A stretch of DNA of 64,000 bases, from contig LSRY02000013.1 in the NCBI GenBank assembly GCA_001643675.2, forward strand, positions 744,001 through 808,000. The letters are read 5' to 3'. Both the position numbers and the translations under genes were made by a program. This DNA comes from Monocercomonoides exilis PA203 (lineage: Eukaryota; Protista; Preaxostyla). This document shows positions 13,401 to 27,950 of the stretch, in pieces. Within the stretch, counting starts at the first letter, position 1. Each line of letters begins with the position of its first letter. Under the pieces are notes generated by a model. The model had not been told where the DNA came from, did no database searches, and was given only the letters and a program-made list of their open reading frames with translations.

Positions 13401-14798
13401 GAAGATGCAGGAGAAGAAGATTTTGAAGAAGAAGAAGAAGATGATGATGAGGGTAATGGTGATGAGTAACTTTGAAACTCTGTTGTCTTCTCAGAAGAGT
13501 CTTCTTTAGAAGATAATCCTTGTGCAGTTAATGTTGCCAACGAAGATGCTATTTCAGCCGCATGAGAAGGAGCAGCAGGCGGCGGTGGCAGTTTTGTGGA
13601 GGAAGGCTTGTCCAATGAGGAGATGACAGGAGCAGCTGGAAGCAAAGAAGGTGATGAAATGGTAGTCGATGTGAAAGGAGTGGTGTCTATGGAAGAGATG
13701 AGCTTGATTGGTGAGGTAGAATCAATATCTGCCAACGCAGCTGAGGTCAGTGATGGAGAGGTGACTGTGGCGTATGTGTCCTTCCCAGTCTCAAACGTGT
13801 CTAGAATCGGGTCACTTTTCGGTGAAGTGCCTTCGGCAAAGGAGAGAGGTGACACACTTGTCGCAGGAATCAGCGAGAATGGATCCACAGCTTGATCCTT
13901 TGGCTGGGCGCTGCTTGAAGAAATGCTTAAAGAGATGCCAGAAGTTGCACTTGGAGACACCGATGTGGTTGATACGGCATCTGAGGTCGAACTTGAAATT
14001 TTTGATTTTGCATCTTCCTTTGAAGTGCTGCTTATCAATTGCGTTTTATCTGTTGATTGATTTTGTGGTGATGTGACTGGTGATGAACTTTTGACTTTTG
14101 AATTTAAATTTTGAAGAGATTCAACATCTGTCTTGTATTCGTCAAATGAGTGGGTTTTCTCTTTTGGCTTTGGCTCGGTTTTTTCTTGAGGAGAAGTGCC
14201 CTCTTTTTTGGCAAGAGTCGCAAAAGGTGCAAATAGAGCGAGAAGTGTTGCAGAACTTGCATCTTTCTCCTTGACTTGAGTTTTATTCTGCTCTGGGGAT
14301 GGAGCTCTCATTTCGCTGACAACTTGCCTGGTTTCTTCTTCATGTTTTGCAATTCTTTCTTTTTCAATTTCTGCTTGCTTTGCAAGAAAGGCATCAGTTT
14401 GAAAATATGAAACGGAAGGTTCATTTTCATCTGAAGAATTGGGTGTATCCCACAAATCAGTATCTGCAGAGTTTATGATTGTTGCTTCGAAATCAGCGTA
14501 TTGCTCTTCTGTCATTTGCCCAGGATGTGTGTCAATAATGAACTACAAAAGAAATGAATGGAAATCAAAAGATTATTCCACCAACATGATTCAATAGCAA
14601 ATTGATAATAAATACCTTTAGAGAAGAAAGAGACAACGGCTGTTGTATCGTTGTTGAGATAAACGGCTGTTGTTTGGAGAAGCGATTGCTTGATTCAGAA
14701 AGTTGAGGAAACATTTCCATTTCAGAAGAAAAGACCTTTAATACATCTTCCTTGGTGTATCTAATTTTTCTATTTTTTGGATCACTTTCTTTTTGCAT
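10445..14798 (-). CDS. GIGYF: GIGYF/Smy2-like GYF-domain protein, 2 exons
   Basis: Exon 1 (14798-14616) joins exon 2 (14542-10445) across intron 14615-14543. N-terminal KIRYTKEDVL resembles a 4E/4EHP-binding motif. The GYF domain reads WINMDDTGQLQGPFSNKMMQQWFNNRYL. There is a Q-rich region and a C-terminal QWIAQSLHQL...EKFADGL helical domain like that of GIGYF. Confidence 0.75.
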
Positions 14799-15093
14799 AG
14801 AGATTTCCAAGAAGATAATAAAGAAAAGTAGATCAACCCATTATATGATATGAATGTTAATTCATCTGATTCAAAGTATTTTAGAATAATTTTCATTGAC
14901 TCCCATGAGCCTTATAATTACATCAACAATGTGATTGATTTCACAACTCAATTTTTTCAAAATTTGCTTGGATCAAATTTTTAATGTTAAATTTTAAATG
15001 ATAGTGCTTTAAAAATAATAAATAAATGCAAATTTCAAACATATAAAATATAAAATTTAAATTAAAATTGATAGAATTATATATTAAGCTTCT

Positions 15094-17511
15094 TTATGAG
15101 CAATAAACATAGAAATTCGGCTTGCTTTCATCTCGCTGCAGATATTCTCTGTCAATAAGAGACTCGATTTCTGTCTTGAACATCTTCCTCTCCACAGGAA
15201 AGCGCACAAGTGTTCCAACTTCAGAGAAGAGTGCCTGATGTTGAATGGTCTTCTGAGACTTCAGCACTTTCACAATCGCCGCATCCAGCTGTTGTTTTCA
15301 TCAATGAATGAAATAGTTGAAATAATAACAAAAAAAAAAAAAAGATGAAATATATTTTTTGTAATGAAAATAAGATAATTCATAAATAAATAAAGCTTTA
15401 TTATTTCTTCTCTTAACATCCAAAAAAAATCCACACACCGCATATTTCCTTTCAGCCAATATATTCTCGTTTTCCTTCTTTGATTCTCCCTTCTTCTCCT
15501 TCACCTGATACTGATTCACCCTCAGCCTCATCTTCCTTTTGAACTTCCCATTCTCAAAGAGCCCTTCTTTATTGTATCTAAACTTTGTTGTCCCTGGCAG
15601 CCCCATCCAATCAACGCTGTTCACATCCCCTTCCACATCATCTTCATTGTCGTCGTCCTCTTTTTGCTTCACTACCACTCCTCCTCCTTCCTCGTCTGCC
15701 TCATCCATCTGCCCTGCCTCTTTCTCCTTATTTCCTCCTCCTCCTACACTTCCTCCTTCTGTCCCATCATCATTCATCAGAAGGATCTTCGCCGGATGCA
15801 GACACAGCGATGCCAGTGCAATGTGCAGTTCATTGCTGTCGATATTTGTGAGTGTCTGCAGAGTAGCCAGGTCATACGACATCTGCGTCTCAAACAGCAA
15901 TAACACTGTTCCTTGTATGACTGACATGGAAATGTCTTTGTGTGTCTGCACTTTTGTTGTGGTGGTCACGCTGGTGGAGGTTGTTGGCTGTGCTACTGAT
16001 TGTGATTGAGGCAGTGATTGTGATTGTGATTGTGATTGAGAAGGAGGCAATAATAGCAATGACCCTTTTGTCTTCGATATTCCCATCTCTTGTGTTGCAT
16101 CTGCCTCTGCAACCATCGAATTCGTGCTGTCTTTCTGGTCCTTGTTCAATTTTGTTGCTATTCCTTCCTTTTCTTTCTCTTTCTCTTTCTCTTTTCCTTT
16201 CTCCTTCCTCGTCCTCACGATCTGCCTCCTGATTGTTACACTCTTCTCTCCAAACGCCCTGATCACACAATGGCCCAAGTCCGGGTAAAACGACAAGATC
16301 TTCTTTTTGTTCTTCGACAGGTAGAATGCCTTGAATGCCTCCTGCATCTTCATCATCGGTGCCGGGAGGACGATCTCGTGGTGCAGACGAGGGTAGCTCG
16401 GCCATGCATTGGATGTCATCACAAGACAGCGGAACTCACACGCACGCTTCTGTGGACGAGATATGGACGATGATGAAATGTCTTCATCGTTGGAATCAGT
16501 GAGTGCTTTGAGATATTCTGATGACTGATTTAGGGGAAAAAAAGGAAAGAACAAAAGAAAAAAATATCAAAATGTCAAAATACCCAAAAAAAAATATGAA
16601 AAATAGAGAACAATAAAATAAATTGCTCAATAAACTTTAATCACAATTTTCTCTTTCACAGTATCATTCACAATATATCCATCAACAAAAAGAAAAAAAT
16701 TCTCTTATTCTTCTTCATTTACCTCCAAATCATCTCATATTCTCCTCCACACACACACAAACCATCTTAAACTGCTCTCCATCCTCATTCGAGATGTCCA
16801 CATCTGAAAACATCGCCTCCAAGTTCTGAGTGAACTGCGACCCACACTCATCCTTCAGCAGCACCACAACTTCCCTCTCCATCTCGCTCAGCCCGTCCTC
16901 TGCATAAAACAGCCGCTTCGCCAGGTTGATCTTGTAGAATGCCTCGAACACGTCTTTCCCTTCAACTGCACAGAACAACCGCATAAAGTCACGGAGAGTG
17001 CGAGTTGTATCGTCTGGATTGTGGCCTTTCATTGAGTCGACAAGAAGTTGATGCACAAACAACGCCATCAGCTCCGCGGGCTTGCACAGGCGATGACTTG
17101 AAGAAGAAGAATAAGAGGAAGAGGATGAAGTGATTGAGAAAGAGGAAGAAGAGGAGGAAGAAGAAGGATAAGTTCCATTCAGGAAGAGTGAAATGGCTGT
17201 AGTGAAAGCTGTCTCGAAGAGGCTGTGTGACTGGAAACAGTGCTCAATCACACTCTGCACCTTCCTCACCAGCACAAGAAGATCTGATATAAGCGTCTTG
17301 TCATTCGCCTCGTCCTTCATCCGCTGCTGGCCTTTGTGCTGTTTTCGGGTTGTTTTTTTTTTTTTAATTGAAAAGAGACACAAATATGATAAGAAAGAAA
17401 TGATTAATAAATAATAAATAAATAAATAAGGAATTTCAAAAAATGTGGGGAAAAAAAAACAAATCGACAGATTACAAAAATGTTTTCTCTTTCTTTCTCT
17501 TTCTCTCTCTT

Positions 17512-17557
<46 letters not shown>

Positions 17558-19521
17558 CTCATTTCCACTTCCATCACACCAGCACGTAGTTCTGGAACGA
17601 CTCTGCCATCGCCTTCAGTCTGTTTGTCCTCGCCAGCAGCAGAAACAGCTCCATCAGATCGCCCCAGCCGTAGCTCCTCTTCTCCAACTCATCCAAAAAT
17701 GACCCCATTCCACTCGCCTCGTCCAGCAGCAGCCCCAAAAAACTCTTTTCTCCTCTTTCCTTCAGCTCCGCAAGCTGTCCTTTCGCCTTCTCTGCACTTT
17801 CTCCTACTTTCTCCTTCTCCTTCTCCTTCTCCTTCTCCTTCTCTTTTGTGCTTTCCCTTCCATTCAACATAAGATGCCCAGCTGCTCCAAGCATCGGCGG
17901 CTGCAGAAGGTTCACAGATGCCATTTGGTCTGCTTTGCCTGTTTTGTCTTCCCCATCATTTTCCATCTCTCCTCTGCACTGTGCCACAAACGAATTGGAG
18001 AGGCTGTGTTCTGCCGGCGTGTCTGCCACAAGAATAGACTCAATCATCCGAATGAGCGTGGGCCGCGTCTTCGTCGCCAGGTATGTGCAGGCCTCTTCGT
18101 CTTCTGTCTTCAGAATGTGGATGACACTGCACAGCAGCCGATGCGCTGGGTGCGAGTGCTGCAACAGTTCTTCTTTTTCTGCTTTTTCTCCTCTTTTTTC
18201 AATTTCTCCTTCTCCTTCTTCTTGTGGAACATCAGCCTCCATCTTTCCTTTGCTTTCTGCGATTTCTTCTTCATTCGCCTTCTCTTCTAGACAAGCAGCC
18301 CTTGCAGCTGTCTGGAACAGGCCGCTCATTGAGAGCAGCTTCTCCTTCTTCAGAAAAATCAATTTTTCCTGCAAGCCAAATGCAATGTGCCTGTAAAACG
18401 AGTCCGTGTGTGCCAAAAAGGCTGGCTCAAACGTTGCTGAATACAGCGACATCTCTGCCAGCATGTGGGTCACCCGCCTCCGCAGAAATTTGAGCGAGCT
18501 TTTGTCTGGAAGATCTTTGAATCGCATAGCGGATGGCTCAGGCTGTGTAGTTATGTTGTGCGTTGAAGAACCTGAAATGGTTGAAGGAGTGGTGGATGGA
18601 GGGAAAAGTGAAGAGTTAGAAATGTGAACAAATGGAATTTTCTCTTTTGAATCTTCCAGTTCATCAAATGTGGTAAAGTCCTGCAGTCTGTCCAGATGTA
18701 TCAAGCACAAAAGATGGTAAACAATTATATGCACCAATGGAGAGCCATCAGCAGGCATAAAAGGAATTGGTGGATATGGAGGGAAATGAACTTTATCAAT
18801 CATATCCCACTGATTAGTTTTTTCTTTCGCACATTCGAGAGGTGAAATAAGATTATCTCTGAAAAGGGATTGACACATTTCACTTATTATAAAAAGAAAA
18901 TTTCAAAATTAAAATTTAAACGAAGTGAACTTAACATTTGTAAAAAAATTAACCTGATGGATGTGTGATTATACATGCAATATTTCTGATCTAGACATGC
19001 AAAGATATTTCTTAGGACTGTAATATGCCGTTGGTGGTTGTCATACAAGTCGCAAACAGATTGCAAAAATTGAATTCCATTTAAAAGATTGTATCTTCTA
19101 TAAGTCATTAACATCAAAAAGGTACCAATAAACAATTAAACAAATGAATTATACTTCATAAATAAATAAGATACTTTGTTAATTCTTTGAATATGGAAGA
19201 TAATTCCGTTTTTATTGTTTGTGTCAGCCTACTGAATGTTATTGAACTGCAACTTGGAGCACTCAGGATGTCAACTGTTCTATAAAGCTCTTCTTCAGAT
19301 TTGGCAAGTGGAAAATCTCGAAAAATTTGTTGAACAGATTCTTCTAAAGCATTCCATTGAATTTGCTCATAATGATCAGAAGAAGAACGTAATTCTTTTT
19401 TACAATTTGTTTATAATAATTAATAAATAAAAAATAATTGATTCTGCTCTTAATAAAAATGTATGAAAGGCTTACTGTTTGGTGGTTTGAGAATCCACTT
19501 GATCTTTGGAAGTGAATGCAT
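15094..19521 (-). CDS. CUL4: Cullin-4, multi-exon
   Basis: N-terminal HYEQIQWNALEESVQQIF..EEELYRTV; cullin homology region GKDVFEAFYKINLAKRLF and LKDECGSQFTQNLEAMFSDV (CUL4-type); neddylation domain LDAAIVKVLKSQK...ESLIDREYLQRD ending at TAA 15094. ORFs 15301, 16730, 17574 and 18887 are exons. Confidence 0.88.
17490..17555. repeat. (CT)n microsatellite in a CUL4 intron
   Basis: Directly visible CT dinucleotide run. Confidence 0.9.
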
Positions 19522-19678
19522 TTTTATTTCGGTAAAACTGATCTGACAACTTTTTAAAAATTTTTGATTCATTATAATTTTCTTCCATGAAATATTCATT
19601 TTTCTTTTGTTTCCTTTCTTTTTCTGACTAAACAAAAGCAATTTCCGAAAAATCAGAAATAGAAAAAGCGCTTTTGAT

Positions 19679-21123
19679 TCAAACGAATACAAAATAATCT
19701 GAAATATTCAATGATAAATCACAATAAAATTTTTGGAGAAGAAAATCAAATTTTTCATAAAAGCTTGTGATGATGTCTTCGTATCCTTCTTCTTCCAACT
19801 TTTCAAATACTTTCCTTTTCGTTGCCTTTTTTTCCTCTTCTTCAATTTCATCTTCCTCCTCTTCATTCAGTCTTTCTGAAATATTCATAAAAAAACTTAT
19901 GCAATTAGACGTTATTTCGTCATCCATTGTTGATTTATGAATCTCCTCCAAAAAGACATCAACTGCTCCACCTTTCAACAAGAAATCAACTTTTGCTGAT
20001 ACATTACCTGCTGCTCCTTCAAATAAAGAAATACATTGATCGCAAAATTCTCTGTGATTATCCTTTGCTGCTCGAAATAACTGAACAATGCTGCAAATAA
20101 GCACAATAATTTCTTCGTTCATCAATGTGGACCAATTCAAGAAATTATCAACAACATGGATCCATCTCCAGATCACATGCATTTCCTTCACTTTCCTTTC
20201 ACCTTTTTCCTCTGCTTTCTCTCTCTTCCAATCCACACTCTTTGACAGATCTTCCAGTTCTCTTGCTGCCTCTCTTATAAAATGAAGCTCATTCACAACC
20301 ACTTCTTTAAAGCTTTTCTCCTTGAAAAATTCAAAAATCAAAATATCCCAAGCAGACTGACACGCAAGATGTGAAAGATTTCGATGCTCCTGATGATATT
20401 TGATAATCTCTTTGATTTCACTAAGATATTGCTTTTGTTTGATAAACTAATTGGAAATGAGAAAAATATCAAATTTTTCAAAAAGGAAATAGAAATGTTC
20501 ATACAAAATATTCAATGTTACTCAATGATATCAAAGCCATTTCCACTTCTTTTTGTGCTTCCTCGTTTTTCTCCTTGTTCAAAGAAACTTTCATGAGGCA
20601 AGGCACACACACAGAAAGCAATTTCGAATCGAACCGGTAATTTATAGAAGCATAGCATTCATAAAGATCAACAAGAAGCTTTTCGCTCTTTTTTTCTTTC
20701 TTCTCAATTTCATCAATTATCATCTGTTCGAGTCTTCCGCTCAGTGAAGATTCTTCAAAAAATAGGTCCCATGTATTTTTCAGTGCTTTTACATATACAA
20801 CGGGTTTCAGTAGCAAAATTGCATTTTCCATTGACATTTTCTTTTCTTCAATCATTTTGTCTATTTTATTGAACAGTTCCTTTGTGAAAACTGATTTGAA
20901 TTCTTCTTCATTCATTTCATCAACTATTTCATTCATTTCTTCGATTTTCTGTTTCTGTTCATCTTCTCTGCAATATCTAAGCTCATAAAACAATTCTTCA
21001 ATAAATTTATTTAAGATGGAAAGCGCTGAACACTCAAAAAATATAAAATATGAACAAACTATTAAACTTGTCTCTGATGGATCTCTCCTGAGAAAAATCA
21101 TAAGGTTCATCTCCTTTGCGCAT
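19679..21123 (-). CDS. Lineage-specific 3-exon helical protein family, copy A
   Basis: Shared family motifs EQKQKIEEMNE, QKEVEMALISLSNI, EIIKYHQEHRNL...QSAW, VNELHFIREAARELE, GGAVD and KLEEEGYED...LSLNISDYF. Both introns sit at the same positions as in the other copies. Confidence 0.75.
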
Positions 21124-24100
21124 TTCTATTCTGCTTATTGCATGAGCATTTTGATTTCCGCAAAATTTCAAATGAAAAACAGAAAAACAAACAGAAAAAC
21201 AAATATTGTTCATAATTGACAAAGCAAATATAATTGTCAAACTCAATTCCTTTGCTCAGTAAAAATCTGTGTTAAAAAAGAAATCACAAAGAAGTTGCAA
21301 TATTGGTCGTATTTAGCCAAATACGAAAGAGTTTAATTTCTGTTTGATCGGATCAACAATAATATATTTTTAGGATCTGGATTGAATTTCGAATGAAAAT
21401 TTGAACGAATTGAGAAATATCCCACATATCTGGAATCGAGTATTAAAAAATATCTATTTTAACATTCTGAGTGGAACAAAGAAGGGGAAATTTGGTCCTT
21501 TTTTGAACTTTGCAAAGAAGAGACAAAAAAAACAACAGTTTGTCATTAGTCATGCATGCTCTTCAGTTTACATTTAAAATCAAAATTCAAACATAAATAT
21601 TACACTTATTTCCCTCACATTCAGAGGTATCTGGGGGCTTTGCTTCATCGAAATGATTTTTTCTGTTATTTCAAAATGTTTGCTGGTTTCCGGAATATCT
21701 CAAATATAATGTGTTGACTGAAGTTATAAGCTGTAAGGATAATTTTGTTATAAGTTCCTTTCTTGAGTTGGACATCCAGGCTGAAGGAAGATTGATGAAG
21801 AGGATTAAGCTTTCATCAATTCGCATTTTTTTTGAAACTTGACCATGTTTTGGTTGGATGCCTTAGGAACTGCATCAAGACAACAATGGGCAACATTGTG
21901 AATCGAGCATTGAAAGAGATTCTATTCCAAAAGGCTTTGAAGCTGAGCGAAGATGAAAAAATTTGAGATGGCGAAGGGAGGTTAATTCAATATGCGGAAT
22001 CAAATTGCTACCTAGTTTTTGAGTTTTTCTCAACATTTTTATCGTTTAGTGGTGTTACCACTTGGCAAGTATTTTTCTATGAAGACACTTGTTACGTTTT
22101 TTGGAAAATTCACACCTTGGATCGTTTTGATCGAAATCATTGATTCACCGATTTCGGTGTGGGATTTGAAGCAAACCTTGAACCAGTAGGAGCGATTCGG
22201 AAGCAGGTTCGACAGGATAGAACAGATTGCGATTGAAGTATTTGATGATATTAAGGTGTGCTATCCAATTTATGAAACAATATTGCATTGTTTCATAAAA
22301 ATACGAAAGAAGGAAATCATGAAAAAATTAGAAAAATTACTCAAACTTTTTCAGCAATGATAATTTCATATTTTTTCTTTTCTGTTCTATCTCTTTTTTT
22401 CTTTCTCTTTTTGTGTTGCACATATATTCTTTTGACTTCATTCTATTAAAATAAATGGCTTGGAAGAAATGATAAAAGACAGACTGCTTCAATCAGAGAG
22501 GCAACAATATGAGCTTATTGAAAAATGGGTATTGCCTCATTTATTAATGCATTTTTGATTGAAAATTTATTTTTTCTTTCTTTCTTTTCTTTTTCAATTT
22601 TTTGATTTATTTTCTGAACTTCTTTAAAAACTTCACTCAAAAACTGTTTCTTCTTGCAACTTCTCATCAATTCCATCGACAACAATCTTCAGTCGCTTGT
22701 GAGGACATTCACCCTCATCATGCTTTCTGGCCATAGCTTCTGGCGGCATCTACCATTGAATGCACTTTTCTCCTTTTTTCCCATCCAAAATCGTCGAATC
22801 ACTCGGGACATCACTGAACGGAATTCCGTAGATATTGAATGGCATCTGGATGGAGAGAAGTGATGTTAACAGAGTGAAGATGCTGCTGCATTCAGCTGAG
22901 TCTGCTGACAGATGCGAAGGGGAAGAAGGAAGGAGGAGGAGATAAAGAAGAGTGGAAGAAATCAATATGAAGGGCTTGTGATGTTCAATTCTCTGTTTGT
23001 ACAGTTTTCAGTGAATTCGAGTGATCTGGCGAAGAAGATGCTGCTTGGGGTGCTGGGTTCTCTTCATCCGTTTGTTGTGCTGGCAGCTGCCCTCACGAAA
23101 AGAGCGCTGCGCGAGGCTAAATTGGAAGGAGAAATGGAACCACCTTTGGACGAGTTGTGATGTGAGCCTAATGCTGTTTTTAGGGGAAGATATCAAAAAT
23201 ACAAAAGAGAGAAAAAGAAGAAGGATGTTAATGTGTTTTAATTAGAGCGTTGAATGATTTTTTTTTTTTGTTTATTTTTTTTTAACCGAAAATAAATTCA
23301 ATGATATAAAAACAATAAAAAATTATTTTTATTGAATGCTTTGTTTAATGCAACTCTTTTAATATTATATCATTTCACAAACTTCAATGTTTTATAGCTT
23401 TATTTTGCCATTTCGTTATTCATTTTTATTTTCAATTTTTGTAACAATACTTGATATCAATTGTTACAAACGATAAGAAATCTCCGCAATGCATAAGCAA
23501 ATAAATAAACACAAAAAAACCATTCAAAAAATAAGAAATGTTGACAAACAAATAATATCCGTTTTGGAAATCGAAATCTAAATAAGAAGAAAAATTCCGA
23601 CATTGGATCTGATGGATTTGCTTGAGAAAAAAATGACGAAACTTTATCCTCCATTGAAGAATGCATTGAAGAAGAAAACAACTCGAATGAAAAAAAGAGA
23701 AGATATGGGAATGGAATTTCATCACCAGAATCAAGAACAAAGAATGCAAACAATGTGCGTTCTATGGTTGTTCTAGCAATAAAAAGAAGAGAAAATGAAA
23801 CATATTTTTCTTTTCCTGGTAGACAAAAATAAGTTGCTGATTGAACTGCATTTTCTATTCTCGTTTCAGCTTTCGAAATGCTGGTGCTCTGAAAAGCATG
23901 AAATAGCAAAGCTGTTCGCTTATATCGCAGAAGTACTTGATCGATATAATACTGTGTGTCAATGATGGGCATTTGCAAAGTCCTTCATGCTCCAAAGGCT
24001 GAAGACATTCAGCTGCGAGCAGCGGGGGATGTGTGGTCTGTTCGCTCCTGCAGATTGGCCGTTATTGGCATGGCGCAACCAGCTGAGTGTGTCGTGATCA

Positions 24101-25226
24101 GCAAGAAACCCAATGGAGAAGCCTTCATCTCTCTTTCGAGAAAGCAGTCAATGATAATAGAAATGATACCATCGAACTCCCTCTCTCGACTCATATCTTT
24201 CCATTCATCCAATTGTCCCAACTGTTCCCGCAAAACTCTTTTCATCCACACACATTTTGCTGTCACCACAAAAGCATCTCTCTTCTGATCTCTCAAACTC
24301 ATTCGTTTATTTCTCTTGTGCGCGTTCACATCGCACGCAGCCGCCCTCATCTACGATGCTCAACTTCTGTCACAATTGTCCATTCTAGCAATGAGACTTT
24401 CAAGGAAACAGCCAATGCCTCATTCCTCAGCTATGCTCGGAAGGGCCCATACAGATACTGTAATGACCGCTCCCTGAGGAGGCAGAACATCCATCCTCTG
24501 AGTGATGCTTTCTCAATATTTTCTTTTATCCGCACATGGCAACAGATGAAGCGTGATTGTTACGAAGAAGCTGGCGCTTCCACCACACATCCGCACTTCA
24601 TCCATTGGCCCATTGCTTTCTTCATCATGTCATCTGCAATTGGAAATGCAATGAATAGCTCCCTCTTTTCAACATTCCCCACACCAAAGTGATGATTTTC
24701 CATAAAAATAATCTGTCACATCCCTGGGCTCTGGAAATGTCATAGATGGAAATATCTTCACAATCAATAGAATAATATAAAATACACACATGCAGATGCC
24801 TTTATTCAAAAAATAACATGATATATTTTCTTGTTCATCAAATTTTCAAAAATTGTTAGATAGAATTCCAAAAATATTGCATCTCCATCATTTCCAGCTT
24901 TCATCATAGAAAACATTATTTCTTGTTTCATAGGAAAAGCTCATTCACATATTCTCGATCTATGGATTAATATTTTATTTCAAAGATAACTATTCGATCA
25001 TTGAATCCATAACAACAAACAAATATAAACAAAACGTTCTTTATCTTTGGAATTTCAAATCAAAAATGTCAACGCAATATGGAACGGTGTGAATGCTTTT
25101 ATTTATATGACTATTTTGAGTTTTTCTTTTTCATCCATTGTCTCCAATCCAAACACATGCAATTTCAATGTGAATGATGAAAATGGTGTTGTTTTCTGGC
25201 AGCAATACATTTTCAAAAAGCAGACG

Positions 25227-26632
25227 ATGAGTGTGACAAAAAGACTCAGTGGTTGATATTCAATATTGCATTTGAATTGTTGAAAATTTGATTTCTTTCA
25301 ACATTTTTTTTCAGAATTGCTACATGAACTTGAGCGTTGCAGAAAAAATGAACAAATGCAGAAAATAAAAGCATTGAATGGATTAATTGATGGAATGGAC
25401 GAAGAAGAACTAAAATACGTTTTCACAAAAGATCTGTTTGATAAAATACATCAAATGATTGAAAAAAAGAAAATGTCAATGGAATATGCATTATTATTGT
25501 TGAAGCACATTGGATATTGCAAAGTGCTAAAAAGAATTTGGATCGACGGCTTCAAAACATCTTCGCTGAATAAAAGATTCGAACAGATGATAATTGAAGA
25601 AGATGAAAGAAAAGAAGGAAGGAACGAAAAGCTTCTTGTTGATCTTTGTGAATGCTATGTTTCTTTAAGTTTCTTATTCTCATCGGAGTTGATTTTAATT
25701 TGTGGTTCCTGTCTTCTGAAAGTTTCCTTAAAGAAAGATGAAGACGAGGAAGCACAAAAAGAAGTGGAAATGGCTTTGCTTGCGCTGAGCAATATTGGTG
25801 TATTTAATGTTTGGACATTTCTGTTTCATTTTTGATGTTGTTGTTGTTTTTCTTATTTTATGATAAGAAAGTTAAAAGAGAACTTTTCTTGGATGAAATC
25901 AAAGAGATCATCGTTTTTCATCAAGAACATCGGAATCTGACTCAGCTTGCCTTTCAGTCTGCTTGGGATTTTTTGACTAACAGATTGTTTTACAATGCAA
26001 ATTTGGAAGAAGTCATCGTGAATGAATTGCATTTTGTGAGAGAGGCGAGAAGAGAAATGGAAGAGCTGATGAAATGTGTGGATTGGGAGAGAAAAAAGGG
26101 AGAGGAAAAAGGAAAAGAAGCAAAAGAAGAATTCGTATTGATGAGATGGCTCCGAACGTTGGGTATTTTCCTTTTCTACTGTCGATTGCAGAATGAAAAA
26201 TTTTTTGTGATTATTGAAAGCATTGTGCAAGTGTATCGAGCAGCAAAGGACAATTACAGAGAAATTGGCAAAGAATGCGTTTGTTCATTGGGAAATGCAG
26301 TGAGAAACAGAGCAGTTGAAATTGATGATTTGTTGGAGAGTGGGGCTATTGATTCTGTTTTGAAGGAGATTCAGCAAACAACAAATGAAAACTTCACTGC
26401 ATGTATTTGTTTGGAATTCTTTTTGAAGATTTCAGAAAGATTGAAAGGAAACTCAGACGATGAAATGGAAGATGAGAAAAGAAAAGATATGAAAAGGAAA
26501 GTGCTTGAAAAGTTGGAAGAAGAAGGATATGAAGATGGCATTACATGTTTAAATGAAAAATTTGATTTTCTTAACAGAAAATATTATGATGAATTATCGT
26601 TGGATATTTCTGATTATTTTGTAAACGTTTAG
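25227..26632 (+). CDS. Lineage-specific 3-exon helical protein family, copy B
   Basis: Same motifs (QKEVEMALLALSNI, FHQEHRNLTQLAFQSAW, VNELHFVREARRE, KLEEEGYED, LSLDISDYF). The start is uncertain; there may be a frameshift in an upstream A-run. Confidence 0.72.
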
Positions 26633-27861
26633 CCAAATTCAATTCATTTTATTTTTTCACTCGAAAAACTGTCTTTTTCAATTTTCATCATTTCGCAAAA
26701 TTACAAAAAATAGATTGAAAAATTTTTATTATTGTTTTTGTTTCCTTTTTTATAAAAAAAGAAAAAACAAAAATTCCATTCTTATCTTTTCAATTATTTT
26801 CATCAAGAATCTCCATTGAACGAAGATGAAAATCACATCTTCTTCAAGTAGATTCGTTTTTTCAAAAAAACATTTTTTCTGTTCATTTATTTCCTTTTGA
26901 AGCATCTGGTTAACTCTGATTTTTCTCTTTCTCATCGCATTCTCAATGAATTCGAGAAGAAGAAGAAATGAAATGAAAATTCTTGAGAAGAAAACAAAAG
27001 TATCAATAAAGAAATGATTGTTGGGGAATACAGATACCAACTTTATGAGTACCATAATTAGCAGTAAGCATGGATGAAAAAGAAGCTGATCCAATACTCC
27101 AACTCAGAATGAGAATGACAGAACAAATCATTCACGATTAATTGCTTTTCACATTCTTCTCATTTTTTGTTCATTTCTTCATGTCTCTTAATTCTTTTTC
27201 TTTCTTTTCAATTTGTCTTCCTTCGCGTTTTTCTTCATTCCTTTCATCTCTTCTTCTTGAATAATAACACTTGCCTCATTCATTTCATCTCAAAATGCAA
27301 TTCTTCAAAATTTCACTCAGATTCCATTTCTTTCTCTTTCTCTTCCTTTTTCTTTCATCATTTTGTTTTCATCTGCTTTTCTACATTAATGGAGAAAGAT
27401 AAGAAACCTCACTCACATTCTTTTCTCACAATATAATCCAAAAGTTCTGCTCCAATTGTATTTTCCCTTCAGCTGCTTTGTTGCCACATAAATAAATATT
27501 TCTTCATTCATCAATCATTTTCTATCCTTATTCTCTTTCCTTAGCTGATATCCCTTAATCTTCGCTCAAAATTGTTCTTTTTCTTTCTTTCTTCTTTTCA
27601 TCTCCATTTTTCTTCAATTCATATAATATTCCAAAAATCCATTCTTCCAAAACCTCCTTTTTTCTCAAGCCCGATACAAATGCAATGAATTCATAGAAAT
27701 ATAAAACCTTTCATTTTGGCTTGTTGAGAATGAACTGAAAAGACGAAGCGAATGAACCCATAACATTGATGCAAATGTTTGATGTGATCAATGGAAAAGT
27801 CTTCATTTGCCTTTTCTCTTCCATTCTCCATTATTTCTGTTTTTATAGGCATTCAAAATGC

Positions 27862-27950
27862 AGAAGAAGAAGAAGAAGAAGAAGAAAAAGAAAAAGAAGA
27901 AGAAGAAGAAGAAAAAAAAAAAGAAGAAGAAGAAGAAGAAGAAGACGAAG
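27862..27950 (+). repeat. (GAA)n tract
   Basis: Imperfect GAA trinucleotide run. Confidence 0.9.

Noticed and set aside
21400-22350. Possible decayed transposase
   Set aside because: No recognisable catalytic motifs or terminal repeats in the frames I translated.
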